DNA from: Paramecium tetraurelia
Taxonomy: Eukaryota
Length of the DNA: 64,000 nt
Direction: 5' to 3'
Assembly (NCBI GenBank): GCA_000165425.1
Contig: CT868096.1
Span: 826,601-890,600 of the forward strand
Within the stretch, counting starts at the first letter, position 1. Each line of letters starts with the position of its first letter. Below the pieces are notes generated by a model that made no database searches, was not told the origin of the DNA, and saw only the letters and a list, made by a program, of their open reading frames with translations. Shown piece by piece: positions 14,434-26,870 of the stretch. Position numbers and translations under genes: made by a program.

Positions 14434-16995
14434 GATGACTGTTATTACAACAATTGTTTTTATTATTATTCTTCTTCTTTTTTTTCTAAAGTTTAACTTT
14501 TATCAACTTTTGTATCATCCTAATTTTGATTTTAAGATATTTTCTAATCAATTGCTTCACCCTATTGTTCGTCTTTGAATTGATCATCCAAATTTTAATT
14601 ATTTGGAATTTTATATTTTAGTTAGTTTTAAGGTTTTCAATCTATCATTACCGATACTTTCATGATTTAATTGATATTTTTCTGCTAATTCATGAAGCTC
14701 TTTTCTTTGAAAACCATTTTACTTTTTTTAAAATAAGTTCTTGATCTTTTGAATTTATAAAATGAAGAATCTATTATTCAACCTAAGATATAATATTTTA
14801 ATCTTATTCTTATTGAACAAGATTTTGCTCTATTTATTGATTTTCAATTTTATTATAAAAATGAGGATGTTGCTTTTGAGATTATGTATTTAACCTGGTC
14901 TTTATATCTTACTAAACTTATTCTATCTTCATTGGGATTTAAATCTTATCATCGTGTTAATATTCCTATGCACTCCTCTATTCTCCATTTTCTACAAAGT
15001 AATCAATTAATCTTTTCAAAAAGGCATCATTTGAAACTGTTTCACTATCCCCTATAAGGCAAACAAATTTTTTGGCTCTTGTAACAGCAACATTCATTCT
15101 TCTAGATTCACATAAGAAACCTACTTCTCCCATCTGATTAGATCTGACCATTGAAATTATGATACAATCTTTTTCTCTTCCTTAAAATCCATCCACGGTT
15201 GAAATTTCAATATCATTAATTTTAGACTTTAATAATTAAACTTAAGCATTATAAGGTGTAATAATTCCAATATCTTATTTCTAAACACCCAGGTTAATCA
15301 GTTCTTCAGAAATTATTTACACTAATCCTGCTTCGCCAACATTATATTTGGATTTATTTTAATCATCAAAATATAATAAACTTTCTTATTGTTATTCATA
15401 AAAATCACAGCATGAAGTATCAACAAAGAGTAAAATTGTATCACTTACTGTTCTATTTGCAACTGTTTAATCAGCAACCAAATGACCATCATAAAATTCT
15501 TAAGATGACCATTACATAATTGATTTATTCATTCTATATTACACAGTTAATAAAATGTTAACGTGAAGTTCATTTTCAACTCTCTCGAATAAGGTCATTT
15601 CCAATCCAGTATTTTTAGTTTTTACAGTTGGGGGTAACTAGCAATGATCTCCAGCTAAGACTACTTTATTTCCTTTAAGAATTGGAATCCAACAACTTAT
15701 TTCTAATGATTGTGCACATTCATCAATAACAACAACATCAAATTTAATATTTTTGGTTAGTTATTAAAATTGAAATTAACCGCTTCCAACATTTGTACTA
15801 AATATTACTTAGCAATCTTAAATAGCCTCCTCATAAGCCAATTATTATTATTCAAAATACTCCTTTTTTTTTTATTTTAATTTATCCCTAAGTTCAGCAG
15901 CTTCTCTTCTCTCAGCTCTATTAAGTTTTTTTTCAATCTATTAAATCTCTGTTTTTATTGTCTTCATTCTAAATTAATTATCATTTTGAATACATTGCAT
16001 AACTTGTAGTCTTTTTCACTAATTGATCAATACAAACATATCTGACTTAATCTGTCATCCTTGCAGGATTACCTATTCTACAAACCTTCAATTAACTTAT
16101 ATTCTAAATTCTTTCAATCATATTATCAACTGCAATATTAGAATTGGCGCATGCTAAAATCTATCAAAGGTAAAATCTATTAAATACTTTATGTCTTTGA
16201 ACCAAAACAGCTTATTTAATATATTCACAAACAGTTCTTGTTTTTCCTGTTCCAGGAGGACCATGTATTAAAGAAATATGAGGCTGATTCATTGCCTTTT
16301 GAACTGCAATCTTTTGTTAATCGTTTAATTATTTTATTGTATCACCCTAGAATTCCATATTTTAATTTATTTTCTCCTTCATTTTTTCATCTTAATCACC
16401 AAACAATATCTATATAATTGGATGCTTTTCATATTATTATTTTATATCATCAATTACTTATAAATGTCTATATTTCAATAAAGAATTACCTTTTATATGT
16501 GACTTGATTTTCCTGTAAACAAATCCCATAGATTGAATTATCATCTGGGATTTTACAATTTTGTTCTAAAATAATTCTTAAGTTCTTTCTATATCTATCA
16601 ATTACACCAATTGCTTCTGGATTTTTAAATTTTTATGAAGTTAAGACGTTAGACCATATATAAATGCCCACTTGATCACCTTGTTTTAATCTAAAATTTT
16701 CTTATTTTACTTCTGAAAATTCTTTGGTTTATTCTTCTTTGTTGTCTTCTTATTGTTATAATTTTTATTATTATTCAAAAACAAGTACTTATCTATTACC
16801 AAATGTCAATTTAGTTTTGGTTAATTTCAATCTTCCTAATCCATAACCAATTTGTATAATTTGAGTATAAGTCAATTCTTAGCTTATTAATTAAATGAAT
16901 TTTTGTTCTTCTTCGTGTTCTTATTTTATCCACTTTTATTATAATTCACAAAACTACTCAAATGATTCATAAACTTTTGATGTCTACTTTATCAT
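13879..16995 (-). CDS. IGHMBP2: IGHMBP2/SMUBP-2-like SF1B (Upf1-like) helicase with R3H and AN1 zinc finger
   Basis: Helicase motifs [62 protein letters not shown]3[26 protein letters not shown]1: [23 protein letters not shown] final 23-nt intron gives the C-terminus ..KARGKKQKK*. Confidence 0.92.
14221..14470 (-). repeat. (TAA/CAA/TAG)n trinucleotide tract encoding poly-Gln within the helicase gene
   Basis: (tta)n/(ttg)n on the + strand, in frame with the helicase between R3H and AN1. Confidence 0.9.
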
Positions 16996-17047
16996 TAAAT
17001 TTATAAAGTATAATATAAACTGTTATTATTAATATTTGTGGTAATTT

Positions 17048-17722
17048 ATGGAAATAATCATTCAGCAAACCATAAAAAAATTCAATAGAGGAGTATTCAT
17101 TGCTTTGGAGGGTCTTGATAAATCAGGCAAATCGACTTAAGCTAAATTACTTTCATAAAAATTAAATGCAAAAAAAGTGTCCTTTCCTGACAGAACTACT
17201 TAACTTGGACTTATTATTTCTGATTATCTAAGAGGAAATAAAAATATGAGTGATGAAGTGATACATTTATTATTTTCAGCTAATAGATGGGAGTAGCAGT
17301 AAGAAAGTTTAATATATTCTAGCACATCTATTTTGAAATAACTTTAAGATGGTACTAATATTGTAAGCGATCGTTATGCATATTCTGGTGTGGCATTTTC
17401 TGCAGCTAAAGGTTTACCAATTGAATGGTGTAAAGCTCCAGATGCAGGACTTATTTAACCAGATATGACATTCTATTTAACTGCTCCCATTGAGGAACTA
17501 AGCAAAAGAGGGGACTATGGAAAGGAGATATACGAAAACTCTTCATTTTAATAAAAGGTAGGCAGCTTTTTTGATCAATTAGCATTGGAAGAAAATTTTT
17601 ATAAAATTGATGCTCTTAAAAGTATTGACGAAATTTAAGCTGAAATATTGAATCGTATCTCTGAGAAACTTAATAATACTAGTTCATTATAATAAAAAAA
17701 ATTGTGGAAGTAAGTTTTGTGA
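17048..17722 (+). CDS. DTYMK: Thymidylate (dTMP) kinase
   Basis: [18 protein letters not shown] (P-loop), [31 protein letters not shown]; one ~24-nt intron near 17299-17322. Confidence 0.95.
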
Positions 17723-17797
17723 GTATGATTTTATTTTATAATCTCTGTTAAATGAGTTATATTAAATTTATGATGAAATATATAATAAAGTAGGACA

Positions 17798-19358
17798 TCA
17801 CAATTCAGATTTTATCTTTTTTGGAATCTAATCCTTATGCAATGACTAAATTTTAAGTGATAAATTACTTTTATTTCTAAATTAAGATTCTCTGGAACTC
17901 TAAAATAAGGTTTTTAACCTTCAAGGCAATCACAAAATTATCTAATAATATTTTCGATATCAAGTTTTTCTTTAACTAGTTCTTCATCCTTTATTCTGAT
18001 GCCATAAAAAAAGCTTTCACTAAAGTTAAAGAGAGACCCAGGAGTATCATTTTCATCTCCTTAGACATAATCTGTTTGGAAACTTTTGGGATAGAGATGA
18101 AATTCTATTGCTTTATTTACATCACCTTCATCCAACATTTTATTTAACTTTCTTAGTTTAGATTCTATATGACTTTTCCATTGAATTAGATCATCCTTAT
18201 TCTTAGACAATGCTCTTATTTACAGATAAGTGTAATAGATATCAAAAAATTAAATTTTCTTTAGTAAGTCAGACTATTATAAATAATTCATAATACCCAT
18301 TGTAATTCAGATAAACAAATCTTTTACATGATGATATTTGCTAATTTCAATTGTTCTTCAATAATTGTAAACGTACAATTCGATACATTATATGCTGAAT
18401 TAATGTATGGATACACTGGTGTTAGAATTGACATTACATTATGTTACTTCTATTATTATTCAAAAAGAGAATTTCTCCAAATTTCATCACATTTTTGAAT
18501 GACAACTGGTAATTCATTCCATTTCCATTAGGAGAAAATGAAGAAGAATCTTTCAATCAATCCTTAAACACTGTAGTTGGGATAGAGTTAAAATATCTTA
18601 TGAGTCAGTATTTACCATGAAATTCCTCCCAAATAGCCCATCACATTCCCATAGATACCTCTATTGATTGCCCAAGCTTTAATAAACTTCAGAAAGGACA
18701 AATATGATTTTTAATGACAGTATTTTGAAAAGTAATCACTTACTTTTAATCCATTTAGAGACCTACTAGATTTCTCATCAACCGGATCGCTCTGACTTAA
18801 AGGCTTCATTATCTTCTTAACACATGCAAAAACTAGATCGAATTGTATTCCTAAATTATAGTATGAATATTTAAAAACCTGCAAATTTAAATCTAATCAA
18901 AGGAACCATAGCTTCTTAAATACAATACAAATTTGTCACTTTCGAATTAGAACTCAAAATTGAAGGCAGTTGTTAAAAAAAATGAAGTTCTCTATCGATT
19001 TAAGGTGGAGCCAATATGATTAAATCAATGTCACTGTCTTTCCCATTTGCTCCAAATCTGTAGGATCCAAAAACTGCCAATTCTCCAGCAAATTCTTACT
19101 CAACTGATTAATATAGTTTTAACCAACGAATAATGTTCTATCTTAACTCCTCTATTAATTTATCTTTTGTTTTCTTACTTATTTCATCATCAAAAAAATT
19201 GATTGATTGCTTTTACTTAAAATTAGTAATACTTATAAAATTTTTGGTATGTTTGCATCGCTTTATGGTTCATAATAAAAATCTGTTTGTTGTGTATAAA
19301 TTTCATGAGGGTTTCTAAATTTATTAAGCATATCCTATGGGCTGACAAACTATTTCAT
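17798..19358 (-). CDS. PAP: Canonical-type poly(A) polymerase
   Basis: VFGSYRFGANGKDSDIDLII, EAMVPLI, FDLVFAC, RSLNG, IKAWAINRGIYGNVMGYLGGISW. Confidence 0.92.
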
Positions 19359-19652
19359 TATTAATAAAATATTATTATATGATTAAATTTAAAATAAACT
19401 ATATTATCATAAATAGTGAATTAAATTCAATACTTAAAAGTATGTTTATATATATTTGATGTAATTAGCTTATAGATTATTGATAATATTACACAATATA
19501 GTTGATTTTCTTCTCATATGAGTTTACCTTCAATTTCTTATAACAAATGCTAAAATAAAATAGGAATGTAAATAATTGAGGGAAATATTTGTTTTATATA
19601 ATGCTTGATGTTTTGGAATATATTAAAATCTTTAATTTTCATTTTTCAAATT

Positions 19653-20145
19653 ATGGCAGAATAAACATAAGACAAACAATTCAAGGGAGTTAAGAAGTTC
19701 ACTTACAGAGGTCTCTAACTTGAAGAGTTGGTTAAACTACCTATGGATAAATTGGTGGAATAATTCAGAGCCAGATAAAGAAGAAGAATCTCAAATCAAG
19801 GGGAGAAGGTACATGCCTTCTAAAATTTAATGAAAAAGGTAAAGATTTGATAGTGAATATTTAGATTAGAAAAAGCAAGAAGGAAACATTGCCTGGTGAG
19901 AAACCCAAGCCTGTCAAGACTCATTAAAGAAATACAATTGTTGTGCCAGAAATGGTGGGTTCAATTGTTGGAGTTTATAATGGAAGACAATTTAGCAATG
20001 TTGAAATCAAGTTTGATATGATCGGCAGGTATAAGTGATTTAAGCAAACTTTAGATATTTGGGCGAATTTTCATTAACCTATAAACCAACAAGACATGGA
20101 AAGCCAGGTGTTGGTGCAACTAAAGGATCTTAACACACAGATTGA
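19653..20145 (+). CDS. RPS15: 40S ribosomal protein S15 (uS19)
   Basis: [62 protein letters not shown]; two ~26-nt introns. Confidence 0.97.
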
Positions 20146-20201
20146 TTTATGGATTTAAAAGTACATTAAATTAATTTATATATATTTTTATTTTCTTATT
20201 A

Positions 20202-21899
20202 TCATACTTAAAGCTTGCTTTCACTTTGTTTTGATGTAGTGTCTTAAACTAAATTCAAAGGTTTATTCTTTTCTAAGAATCGTTTATATCTTAACTACTC
20301 AATTATTTATTCTCTTTATTTAATGAGACTCATATTTGATTTAAATTTCTTTGATTCTTTATCCATTTGCTTATCACATTTATTATTATATTATTATTTT
20401 ATGTTTACGAATCTTTTTTCATTTTCTGCGCTTAATTCTCTAATTTTATCAAATTTCTCTTCCAAATCATCCTTCTTTTTTTATAAGTGTTCTGCTAAAT
20501 ATTAATCTTTTTTTGCAAATTTCTCTTCAACTTTTTATCTTTTATTCCTAATAAATAGAAATAATATATTACTCAAATTATTTGAGTTTATCTGAATATC
20601 TCTTTTTAAATTATTCTTCTTTTTGTTTAATTTCTTCAACTTGTTCTTTTTCCAATTCTTATGATTTATGCATTTTTAGTTTCTTTTTCTCTTCCTTCTA
20701 AAATTTTTCAATAACCGACGCTAAATTAGAATTATAAACATTTTAAAATTAAGCTTCACTTCTACTAATCAACAAAGGCAATTTTGTCGACCATTGATCA
20801 GATTTTGTGTTGTTTTTCATTGATTTATGTGTTCTCTCTGTTTATATTTCTTATAATCTCTGTTGCATTAATTAATTGTCCTATTCATCCTTCTTTTTCA
20901 AAACTTAATGTAATTTTTCCTCATAAATCTTTTATTTTTCTTCCAATACATCTACATATGTTTATTTAATATGGTCAACTCTCTTTTATCTATTTAATTT
21001 ATTATTTATTATATACGCTTTTTCGATATTTTATTCAGTCTATAATTTTTTCATTTGAGCATTTTTATATTTTTGCTCCTGAACAACAGTCTTCATCTTA
21101 GTGGAAACTTCTAAGCTTTTAGAAACATCTTTTCTAGCAATTTATGATTTCTGCTTTAAATTGTTTAATCTATTCTTTTTCTTTTTTTCCAATATTAAAT
21201 CAAGCTTCTCCTTGTACTTTTCTTATTCTTCTTGATTTTATTCCTCTAATTCTTTTCTTTTCTATAATATTTTTTTGAAATAATTTACCTATTATAGTTT
21301 GTTGAATTTTTATAATTGGCGATCACTAGATTACACCTGACTATCTATCCAACTTTCGATCATTTCTGTTGGACTTTTATAAGGCGCATATTCACTAATA
21401 TTGATACTGCTATTCATGCTTTGATCCAGATTTTAGATCGATTTGGGACGTTACTATTTTTCAATCCATTCTTCTCTTTTATACTTGTTCCTTTGCAAAA
21501 TCACAGACTTTTTTATTTATGCGACTTAGAAATAGTGCAACCAGTATCTCTTGTCTGTTAACTCTTAAGATTCTCCATTTTTTTTAAACTCTTATTTCTC
21601 TCTATGAGTAAAAGAAATAATTGTACTGCAATTCCAATTAGTTAGAAAATAGGTGTAAATCCTACAATGCCTTGTTAGTTTTTGGAGATTAAGGATCTAA
21701 TTTTGTATTATTCAAATTGACAAGTGTCTCACTGGGTTTGATTTTGAAGTCTTTGAGGAATTTCTTATCTAAAGTCCTGTCATAGATGTCATAAACTCAC
21801 TTACTTAGGATTGCATGTTTTCATCAATTAAGTGGTCAGTTTAAAGACAGCTTCTTCAAATCTAGGTGCTTGAACCTATTCATTTTATTATTATTCCAT
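20202..21899 (-). CDS. K/E/Q-rich coiled-coil hypothetical protein
   Basis: MEQQQNEQVQAPRFEEAVFK..., frame restored by several short GT..AG introns; ends SKQSESKLQV*. Confidence 0.65.
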
Positions 21900-22546
21900 T
21901 ATTAAATTAATTACAGAAAATAGAAAAAATCGACTACTACATTCCAAAAAAGGATTAGATCCTTTGTCAAAAATACACATATTTCAAAGAATTAATAAAT
22001 AGATTTGGATAATATAATTAGAGTTCGTTGGTTAAAACTGTTTTTGTTTTAATTTACAGAAATGAAAATCAAATTTTAGAAGATACATGTTGATTTTATT
22101 GTCTTTTCATCAGATATGTAAATTATTGGAATAATTTTTAATAATTATATCATAAGAACATTTCATAATGAAAGAATATAGGTCAAAAATAATGTATATC
22201 CTTGAAATAATAATGTTTAGTCAATTTTTTGATTTCCTTTCTTTTTTTGTTTTAGTTTTTTTCATGCTGAGGCTGAAAAATAATTTAATGATAATTCTTA
22301 GTTATTTATTACAAAATGCTAGGAAATAACAAACCTTTTAATTACATCTATTCTACATCTTATGCTGATAATTATAAATTTTTGATGCTTATATAGGATT
22401 AATGTGTTGAATCAAATGCATTTGTTCAGTATTAATGGCTTACCTTATTTAAAAACATTGTCTTATTCATTTCTAGTATTTAAGTAATGGATATAAACAA
22501 TCAGATAATAATTTTATGATTGATTACTGAATTTAAATATTATATT

Positions 22547-24586
22547 TCAATTTAGTAAATTTTATTACTCATCTTCTATGGGTGCGAATACAAATTCTTC
22601 AGCTTCCCTCAACTTCCAATGAACTTCGATCTTCATTTTGTCTTTTATAAATTTATAAATTTAAATAAGATCTTCAACATGTTTAGCTTCTATTAATTTA
22701 CATTCCTTTTTGGCAAGAATTTTGAAGTTATGCAATTTTAAGTTTTCAGAGATAATTTATTCTATATTGATATTTTCATTAGCAATTTAAATTACTTATG
22801 GATATCCATATGTAAATTTAATTCGTTCTCTTATTCGATTAAGTTAGTGTTTTAGATTATCAATAAATTCCTATTTTCTATGATTTTTCAATTGTATATG
22901 AATTGTAGTTTATGCAAGGATGATATCTTGAACACAAACATCTTGAAGAGTCTTAAGGATATTGTTCAATTTATCAAAATCATTAGATTTCAATTTTCGA
23001 ATTACAATCCATTCTTACCATTTCTCAAGTTGATTCAATTAACAATCCATTTATAAATTTAGATTAGCTAGATCGATATCTGGATGAGGTTCAAAATTTT
23101 GATCTAGAATTTGATTGTATTAAATTTCTTTTAAGAACTGGTTATTCATTCTTAAATCTTACTTGTATTGCACTTAATTGGACTCTCCTCTTTCATGAGA
23201 AGATTAATTAGCATATTTTCTATTTTTGGTTCTACCATCAATAAAATAGTCTCTACCCATTCTTTCAAAGCCACTAATATTTTAATTTAAATTAAGAATT
23301 TTAATTAACTATTTCAAATGATGATGTCTGACAGCTTTAGATTGATCTCCTTGTCTTTTAAAACAAAATGTCACTTCACATTATTAATGATGTTCAATCA
23401 ATTCACCAAATGTATAGACAAATGAACAGTTAAGTTCTCTAATCAACTCTATTTTAATTATGTAATGTCCTTCAATTTATTCACCCTCTAATGAATAGAC
23501 AGGTATCAAATCTACTTTGACTTGTTTGTCAAATACCAAGGAAGGATGAATCAAATCAAGACAATCATCCCATAGACATTATCTAAAATAGTAATTGTTA
23601 TTTCCAACAGAAAATCCTCTCACTTAGAATGAGTCTTTGATTCCAATAAATAGAGTGCCTCCCTTTTGATTCATAAATGCAGAGACCGCTTTCTTGACTA
23701 TGAATTGATTTTTAGATTCTAAATTGACCATCTCCTTATATTCAATAGTTTCATCCTCTGGAACATGAACGAACTCATTTAATATAAACAATTTCCTATT
23801 CAATAAATCCTCCTTGCATCTAACAACCTTTACATCCTTAAAAATTGGAATGGACTCATAATATTCATTCAATTCAATATCCACAAACTTTTAAGCCAAT
23901 TCATTGCTTTCGTATTCAATAAATTTTTTGATTTGTTGAATCAATTGCATATGCAACTAATTTGATGAGTAAATGTCTAGATCTTAAGCCAATTTAATTA
24001 TGTTATCGAAACACTCTTAGGATTTCTAATAGCATGATAAACAGATATTACATTCTAGGTGTATTCTTCAATTAAATTATAAGCAGACATGTAGGTTTTA
24101 TCAAACAAATTAATTTTGATTGATTATGCAAGGGTACTGATTTCCGAATCATAAATTTAAGGTATGAGCACCATAATATTGTTAAACTTAAATTTTTGAA
24201 ATAGAGTAATCAATAGTTTTATGGTATTAGAATGTGAAGCTAAATTTTTAATTGTTAAATAATGTACTGAAGTATCTTTCCGTAATATTAGCTAAATTTT
24301 CCTCCTCAATCAATTTGAGGGGAACCATTAAACCAAAAAATAAGGTCAATAGACACAGTAGACTTAGATTTTGTTCGTCAAGGTTGTCACAACACTCCTG
24401 CAATATTTATTTGAAATGATCTTAATTATTGGACAACTGATTTAATAGTTGTTCTTGTTCAGTCAACTGTTGATTCTCCAACAAATGATCAGTCCATACA
24501 GTGATTTATTTATATAATGGGTTTAACTATAGTTTTTAGATGAGATCCAATTCGTTTTTAAATGCAAGGTAAAATTTTTCCTTCAT
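22547..24586 (-). CDS. Schlafen/AlbA_2-domain protein with helical N-terminus and possible RRM-like C-terminal region
   Basis: VPEDETIEYKEM...KAVSAFMNQKGGTLFIGIKDSFQVRG matches the Schlafen E-x4-E-x-K and SAFxNxxGGxLxIGVxD signatures. Start MKEKFYLAFKNELD; 28- and 26-nt introns link the N-terminus to this domain. Confidence 0.8.
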
Positions 24587-24631
24587 TAATTAATTATTTT
24601 ACAATTCTTGTATAAAAAAAAACAAACTAAT

Positions 24632-26076
24632 TCAAAATGCTTGAATGTTTCTCTGTGAATCTAGTTAGGAAACTTAAGGTTATTATTGTTAAGTCTCATT
24701 GATTAGGGGTTTCATAGTGGTCTTGACTTCTTCTGTTCTACTACTCCATTAAAAGATTTCAGCTTCTTTCTGGTTGGAATATTTAAGGATGGATTCTTCG
24801 TCGAATAGACTTCTGCAATTAGGACAACTCTGGTGATATGTGGTATCACATTACTTTATGTACATTCATCCATTTATCAAAGCAAGATGTATGGAAGATA
24901 TGATTGCAATAGGTGACTCTTACACGTGAATCATCGTAGAACAGGTCAAGGCAAATCAGGCATTGATTTAGTGTCACGAGTTTCTCGCATTTATTTCGAA
25001 GTGCCGCGAATTCTTAGGATGGGAAGAATTAATCAATGAGGGATGGAGCATGTTTTAGTTCGTATTTCTGATTTTCTTTCTCAGGTTCTTTTTATTTTTT
25101 AAAACATTTAGACTTTATAAGACAAAACAAAAAGCAGAATGATATCGAGGATAAAATAGTAGAAAGAATTATAATGAGTTAGTTATTATCGGTATTTTGA
25201 ATAGCACTTTCCAAATAAGTGTGGTTGTTGGTATCAAAATATATTAGAAAATAGTAATTGATGGAGGAGTTAAATTGTTCTCTGAAATTGTTTACTTATT
25301 CGTAGCATTGATTTATCTAATCTAAGGAAATGTATAATGTTTTGTTATTTTATTATGTAATTAAGTTTGGATTGAAATTTTAGGTAATGCAGAATCCGTA
25401 GAAGGTAGTTGAATTTTGAAATTCTAATAAGACTGATTGACTTTCATTTTACCCTTTTTAGACATCAACATAATAAATCTTTTTACCCTAAAATATTTAT
25501 TATGAAGTGAGATCATCTATGATAAGATTGCAATCTTAGCCAACTTGATAAAAATTGCAATTGCAAAATTGATTTTTACATTCGGTTTCATTTTAACATT
25601 CCCTGATATAAAGTGAATAAATACAAAATGCATTAATTGGAAATGATTTATTATATTCTAACTATTATATTGGCTTCATAAGTTGACTGAAATCCAATAT
25701 ATAAAGATTCATCGTATTAATAGATTTGATAGTAATTTGATATTTCTTTGCTGGTTGACTGCTTCTACAAAATGAGATACTAAGTTTATCTCGTTTGATA
25801 GGAAAACCAATTTACAAAGCATCTAATTAAATTGAATACTCACTTTTCTTCTGATAGCAACTACTTGAAGGTAACGGATTCTGGCTTAGTGAGGCAAATA
25901 AATAGAAAGGGTTGGACCTGTTATTCCTCAATATATTGAGAATCCAAGGTGACTTTTATTTGATTTTTTGAGATATTGAAAGGGATGGTGATAAACTCAA
26001 TTCCTTTGAATGAATATTGTTAGATAATTGGCGCTGTCAAGAAACACCCAAGAAAGAGGAAATAACAAAATATCAT
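24632..26076 (-). CDS. Type I membrane RING-H2 E3 ligase (signal peptide, EGF-like Cys motif, TM, RING-H2)
   Basis: Signal-like MIFCYFLFLGCFLTA; ECQNETECKNQFCNCNFYQVGQDC; TM LIIILSTILSSISFCFLFCLI; CLICLDLFYDDSRVRVTYCNHIFHTSCFDKWMNVHK/SCPNCR. Confidence 0.8.
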
Positions 26077-26195
26077 AATTATAAAATTATAAACACTCAG
26101 GTATTTTGTACAGAATTGAAAAATTTATAGGTTTTTGAATGAGTAAGGTATTGGAAAAATGTAAAAATCCCAATATATATAAATATTAAATTATT

Positions 26196-26849
26196 ATGAA
26201 TACATCCTCAAAACCATTTATTATCAGACACATACAGTAGAACTATTTGGTTTCAGCTGATTCCTCTTCATTCGACGCAAATATAGAGAAAAGAGCACAA
26301 TTTGTGCAAGGAGCAAACACTTTTATTGCAGTACCAATTCAATTGAAAATTAGGTCATGTTGAGTTATGACAGCATATAGCATGGATTCTAATTTTTCCA
26401 ATATTATGATAAGTGCTTGTCTTACGCTTACATGATAGGGGCATTGCTAATAGGGAATATATTTTGGATTTTGTGTTCAATTTTTGGGTTTTATTCGATT
26501 GATGCAAAGAATTCAAAGAAAATTCAAAGGTATGAAGTATGTGGGACTAGGGATATTATTGGACATTATTGTCAGTTTTGATCACTAGAATTCTGGTCTA
26601 TGGCTATATGGCATATTAAATGAATTAGTATCGCTTGTACCCAGAATCTGAAAAAGTGATAAGTGACATTGTGTGTGAATCGCTTAATCAAACGGGATTG
26701 ATTATTATACAAATCACAATAGAATCAGTAGTTTTGTTGATCATGATCTTTTTCTCGCATTCCATTCGACGATACATAACATGTAAATTTGAAATATATT
26801 ACTAGCGTGGTAATTCAACGAAAAGTCAAAGAATTGGGATGGAGTTTGA
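26196..26849 (+). CDS. Small multi-pass membrane protein
   Basis: Hydrophobic segments YMIGALLIGNIFWILCSIFGFY, YYWTLLSVLITRILVYGY, GLIIIQITIESVVLLIMIFF; frame junction near 26530 unresolved. Confidence 0.55.
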
Positions 26850-26870
26850 ATTAATATCAACTTATATAAA

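Noticed and set aside
14227..14578. Poly-Tyr/Cys and poly-Ile ORFs in the supplied track
   Set aside because: Antisense readings of the poly-Gln (TAA)n tract of the minus-strand helicase.
21949..21965. Perfect 7-bp inverted repeat aaaggat-tag-atccttt (also tttttatc-ga-gataaaaa near 45675)
   Set aside because: Short palindromes are expected by chance in very AT-rich DNA; no further support.
13879..24586. Operon-like RNA-metabolism cluster (helicase, PAP, RPS15, Schlafen)
   Set aside because: Mixed orientations and interspersed unrelated genes; no evidence of functional clustering without synteny or co-expression data.
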